Virus record (IMG/VR): IMGVR_UViG_3300009183_000020 | Coordinates: 1-39,443 of that record | DNA from: a virus | Taxonomy: Duplodnaviria; Caudoviricetes | Length of the DNA: 39,443 bases | Reading direction: 5' to 3' (one strand) | Shown here: one piece after another, positions 36,289 to 39,443 of the stretch | Layout: every line of letters begins with the position of its first letter | How positions within the stretch are numbered: position 1 is the first letter of the stretch | Notes under the pieces: generated by a model | Seen by the model: only the letters and a program-made list of their open reading frames with translations | Databases searched by the model: none | Told to the model about the DNA's origin: nothing | Translations under genes and position numbers: made by a program

Positions 36289-37752
36289 ATGGACCACGTA
36301 TTCCAATACAAGACAACACCGTTTAATCATCAACGCAATATATTCGAACAGACTCGCGATTACCAGTACTATGCTCTCTTCTGGGAGATGGGCACTGGCA
36401 AGTCAAAGGTTGTTATCGATACAGCACAATGGCTATTCGTCAATGAGAAGATCGATTCAATAATCATTACCGCAGAGAAAGGTTACTACCTTAACTGGAT
36501 TCTAAACGAGTTCCCAACCCACTGGCCTGAGCATCTACCTGTGCGCGTAACAGTGTGGAGTTCGTATACTACAAAGGCGAAAAAGGATGAACTAGCTAAT
36601 GGCCTAGTCCCTGTCCCCGGTGTACTCGATATTCTTATCGTTAATATCGAATCACTGTCAGGTAAGAACATGGGTGGCAGTAAGTATACCGAACAGTTTC
36701 GTGATGCTCACAGTTCTACTATGATGGTTGTGGACGAATCTACTACAATCAAGAGTCCTACTGCTGGTCGCACTAAGCAGTGTATTGCTATCGGTAAGCG
36801 TTGCCAGTATCGCCGTATCCTTACTGGTACCCCAATCACACAGTCGCCCATCGACCTGTTTGCTCAGTGTGAGTTCCTAAAGCTGGGTGTTACTGGATTC
36901 AAGAGCTTTACTTCGTTCCGTGCTTACTACTCTATCATGCAACCCATGCAGATCGGTTACAATCGACAGATCATGCAGACAGTAGGTTATCGTGAGCTTG
37001 ATGATTTGGCCAAACGCATTCAGCCATTCTCCTCACGGCTCTTAAAAGCAGACTGTCTTGATTTGCCTGACAAGGTCTATGCTCCAATCTACGTAGAGTC
37101 TACAGACGAGCAGGACCTACATAATAACTTGCTTAAGAAAGCCATGATGACAAACATCGGACAGGGTCTTGTTACTGTAGAAAATGCTTTAAGTGTGCTG
37201 ACTAAAACGCTCCAGATTGCTGGCGGCCACTGCAAGGATGATGAGGGTAACGTTCAACGTGTAAAGTCTAACAAGCCAGAACGCCTTAAGCAACTCATCG
37301 AGGATCTTCCTGCTGGTACCAAGGCTATCGTATGGGGTTACTTCCAAGAGGATATGCAGATCATCCAGGAAACTCTTAAGGGTATCTGCCCGGTGTACGA
37401 GGTATCTGGTCGTGTAGAGGGTGAACAGCGTGAGAGCAACATTAAAAAGTTTAGAGAAATACCTGGGACGTCTGTGTTCCTTGCTTCACCACGTGTAGCC
37501 GGCAAGTCCCTGACCCTTGTCGAAGCTACTGTATCGATTTACTATTCCAACGGCTTTAACCTTGAGCATAGACTCCAATCAGAGGATCGCAACCACCGCA
37601 TTGGTCAGCGTAATAAAGTTACCTATTACGACCTTATATGCCTGAACTCACCCGATGTTAAGGTGGTTCAGGCACTTAAGGCCAAGGAGGTTGTCTCACG
37701 CCAGGTGCTTGATAAGATCGAAGCGTTCTTCGATTACCAAGTTGCGTTATAG
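36289..37752 (+). CDS. SNF2-like SF2 helicase/ATPase
   Basis: EMGTGKS, VVDES, LTGTP, LDLPDK, QSEDR.HRIGQ. Confidence 0.95.
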   Translation: MDHVFQYKTTPFNHQRNIFEQTRDYQYYALFWEMGTGKSKVVIDTAQWLFVNEKIDSIIITAEKGYYLNWILNEFPTHWPEHLPVRVTVWSSYTTKAKKDELANGLVPVPGVLDILIVNIESLSGKNMGGSKYTEQFRDAHSSTMMVVDESTTIKSPTAGRTKQCIAIGKRCQYRRILTGTPITQSPIDLFAQCEFLKLGVTGFKSFTSFRAYYSIMQPMQIGYNRQIMQTVGYRELDDLAKRIQPFSSRLLKADCLDLPDKVYAPIYVESTDEQDLHNNLLKKAMMTNIGQGLVTVENALSVLTKTLQIAGGHCKDDEGNVQRVKSNKPERLKQLIEDLPAGTKAIVWGYFQEDMQIIQETLKGICPVYEVSGRVEGEQRESNIKKFREIPGTSVFLASPRVAGKSLTLVEATVSIYYSNGFNLEHRLQSEDRNHRIGQRNKVTYYDLICLNSPDVKVVQALKAKEVVSRQVLDKIEAFFDYQVAL

Positions 37753-38168
37753 TCGCGTGTGTCAAGATGAACGAAGGTAGGATACTTGCCGATGCCACCG
37801 ACAAACTTACCTTCGTTCCTCCATTTACGTAACACAGCTGATACAGTCGCAGGACTTATACCTGATACTATAAAGTCTACTGCTTTAAACTTAACATGCA
37901 TAGATCCATCTGGCGAACCAATTGCTCTGTTATACGGTAGAGCCCGGTAAGTAGAGGATATTTCTAGGCTCTTACCAAAATGTTCTCGAAGATCATCAAG
38001 TATCTTAATAGTAGGAACGATGTTAATCCACAATTCGCGAGGTGGAGTAGAGTTCTTAACTCCGTTTCTGACCTTGCTAAAATACCAGGTTAACTCATCT
38101 GATTTAAAATGCTTAAAACCCTGACGGTCAAACCATGAGGTAAACGATTCATTAGGTCTTGGTTTCAT
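37734..38168 (-). CDS. Endolysin, peptidase M15 family
   Basis: SSTYR...YN..IG....SMH....AVD and FVHLD zinc-ligand motifs. Confidence 0.9.
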   Translation of the reverse strand: MKPRPNESFTSWFDRQGFKHFKSDELTWYFSKVRNGVKNSTPPRELWINIVPTIKILDDLREHFGKSLEISSTYRALPYNRAIGSPDGSMHVKFKAVDFIVSGISPATVSAVLRKWRNEGKFVGGIGKYPTFVHLDTRDYNATW

Positions 38169-38188
38169 TTGTCAGGGTCTTGGAGTTA

Positions 38189-38356
38189 TTATTTAGTTGC
38201 TGTAACAGTTATAATCTCGGTAGCAGCCGTAACACTGTACTGGTCGATGCCGCACTGTTCAACCACAGTTACCGTACCGTCAGGTAAGGTTGTTGTAGTA
38301 ACAGTCGAGACGCAGGAAGCTAAAGCTAAGATGGCAAAAGCAAGGATGGTTTTCAT
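38189..38356 (-). CDS. Small lipoprotein (possible spanin component); probable start MKTILAF
   Basis: Signal peptide with lipobox LAS-C; lies in the lysis cassette, coupled to the upstream stop. Confidence 0.65.
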   Translation of the reverse strand: MKTILAFAILALASCVSTVTTTTLPDGTVTVVEQCGIDQYSVTAATEIITVTATK

Positions 38357-38514
38357 TATGTGGAAGGGGTAGCGTCTTTTGACAAGTAGCCGAGAACGGC
38401 AAGGCTGACAGGCAAGATCCACGTCTTCCAGTCAGCAATCGAGTTGCCGTCCTGGACAGTGGTCTGAATAGTAGCGGCGATGGCTGCAAGCAGTCCGATT
38501 AGTGTCGTTTTCAT
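38356..38514 (-). CDS. Putative holin (52 aa, two hydrophobic segments); probable start MKTTLIG
   Basis: MKTTLIGLLAAIAA...WILPVSLAVLGYLSKD; ATGA overlap with the upstream gene. Confidence 0.65.
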   Translation of the reverse strand: MKTTLIGLLAAIAATIQTTVQDGNSIADWKTWILPVSLAVLGYLSKDATPST

Positions 38515-38714
38515 AGGTGTCGATTTTTGTAGAGACAGGTTCCGAGTCCGCAACCCTTGCTTAGGCGATCCACATCATCCTGGAGTTTGGTTACAATAGT
38601 GCGAAGTGTAGCAATCTCGGCAGACAACGATTTATAAATGATTGCGGCAAGACTTGAAATAACTGTGGCGAGTGCAAGGAGCACCATTAGTATCCATTCT
38701 GTCGGGACGTTCAT
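38511..38714 (-). CDS. Small membrane protein (TM plus coiled coil), lysis-associated
   Basis: N-terminal hydrophobic helix, heptads, terminal CxxxxC. Confidence 0.6.
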   Translation of the reverse strand: MNVPTEWILMVLLALATVISSLAAIIYKSLSAEIATLRTIVTKLQDDVDRLSKGCGLGTCLYKNRHL

Positions 38715-39013
38715 TGTTCAGGAAGTTTGATTGTTTCGGGATCGAGGTTGATGCGTGCTTCAAGTCCTCCAAGCGTCTCTACGATAACCTGAAACTCAGG
38801 GAAATCCACTGGTGTTTGAGGAGGGTTGCCGATCAGTGGGGTTGAGAGTAGGTCATTATCGCAGGGAATAAAGTGCATTCCTTCGTGTATGCCACTCTGG
38901 ATAGGGATGCTGCCAGCCAGCCAGAACACGGGAAATCCGCGATCCGTCTGCGCTTTTGCAATGGCGGCGTTGATTGCTTCTGCCTGCTCTTGAGTTGTGA
39001 GGTATCCGATCAT
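38711..39013 (-). CDS. Hypothetical protein after the tail gene (probable start MIGYLTT)
   Basis: ATGA overlap with the stop of the junction-spanning gene; 100 aa. Confidence 0.65.
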   Translation of the reverse strand: MIGYLTTQEQAEAINAAIAKAQTDRGFPVFWLAGSIPIQSGIHEGMHFIPCDNDLLSTPLIGNPPQTPVDFPEFQVIVETLGGLEARINLDPETIKLPEQ

Positions 39014-39443
39014 GCTAGTGTAAGGCCAGTAGTTGATTCCCAAAGAGTTTTGAGCGCAGTGGTGTAGGCTGCATCCTGCGCCGATGATAATTCAGTGCTG
39101 GTGCTAAACGCCCCCATTGGCAGGTTCATCCCAATTTCTCCGATGCTTGTTGCTAAAATAAACAAATTAGCGGAGGGAAATGCCGTTGCCACGCTACCAG
39201 CAATAACATCTGATTCCGTAGAACTAGATGTGCGTTCTTTCAAGTAAAGATTATTTGCAGCACTGTCGTTACCAAGACTAACGACACTGGGTTGGAGTGT
39301 CCAAAAATTACTCTCAAATATCCGTTCCATCACGCGAGTGTGAGAATAACCGTCATTCCAAAACTGATAAATACTATTTGTGGAATAGTCATTTACACTA
39401 AATGGCATGGCATAACCTTCTTCTGGACCTTCTGGCAAGAGCA
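39010..39443 (-). CDS. 3' part of the junction-spanning tail/receptor-binding-like protein
   Basis: In frame with 546..1 through the 104-bp overlap; ends LFILA...GAFS....LS..Q.AAY..A..TL. Confidence 0.8.
   Translation of the reverse strand, partial: LLPEGPEEGYAMPFSVNDYSTNSIYQFWNDGYSHTRVMERIFESNFWTLQPSVVSLGNDSAANNLYLKERTSSSTESDVIAGSVATAFPSANLFILATSIGEIGMNLPMGAFSTSTELSSAQDAAYTTALKTLWESTTGLTLA
39340..39443. repeat. Terminal direct repeat (assembly overlap), copy 2
   Basis: Identical to 1-104. Confidence 0.97.

Noticed and set aside
1-39443. tRNA genes, introns, inteins or stop-codon recoding
   Set aside because: No cloverleaf noticed in the intergenic gaps; core genes are full length and uninterrupted in the standard code.

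Overview
The window is an apparently complete, circularly assembled tailed-phage genome. Bases 1-104 are identical to 39340-39443, so the unit length is about 39,339 bp. It has podovirus-type (T7/BPP-1/epsilon15-like) virion genes and two divergent arms. The minus-strand arm runs from the terminase (20437) through portal, scaffold, major capsid, tail tube A/B, ejection proteins and tail adaptor/receptor-binding genes, wraps through the junction, and ends in a lysis cassette (37734). The plus-strand arm (21238-37752) carries early genes, a nucleotide-modification cluster, ATP-dependent ligase, family A DNA polymerase, a nuclease, an SSB-like protein, AEP primase, and UvrD- and SNF2-type helicases. 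I recognised no integrase, RNA polymerase, reverse transcriptase, tRNA or CRISPR. Best candidate for an undescribed system: a four-gene cluster (UbiG-like SAM methyltransferase, MazG-like pyrophosphatase, NMP kinase, and a thymidylate-synthase homolog carrying the dCMP-specifying Asp) with no glycosyltransferase, suggesting a methyl-capped cytosine modification. Other notable items: an ejection protein with two ART-like domains plus a zincin peptidase; three paralogous early proteins sharing one winged-helix-like domain; and a symmetric control region with long inverted repeats, IHF-like dyads and an alternating purine-pyrimidine repeat island. All calls come from reading motifs by eye; no searches were run.
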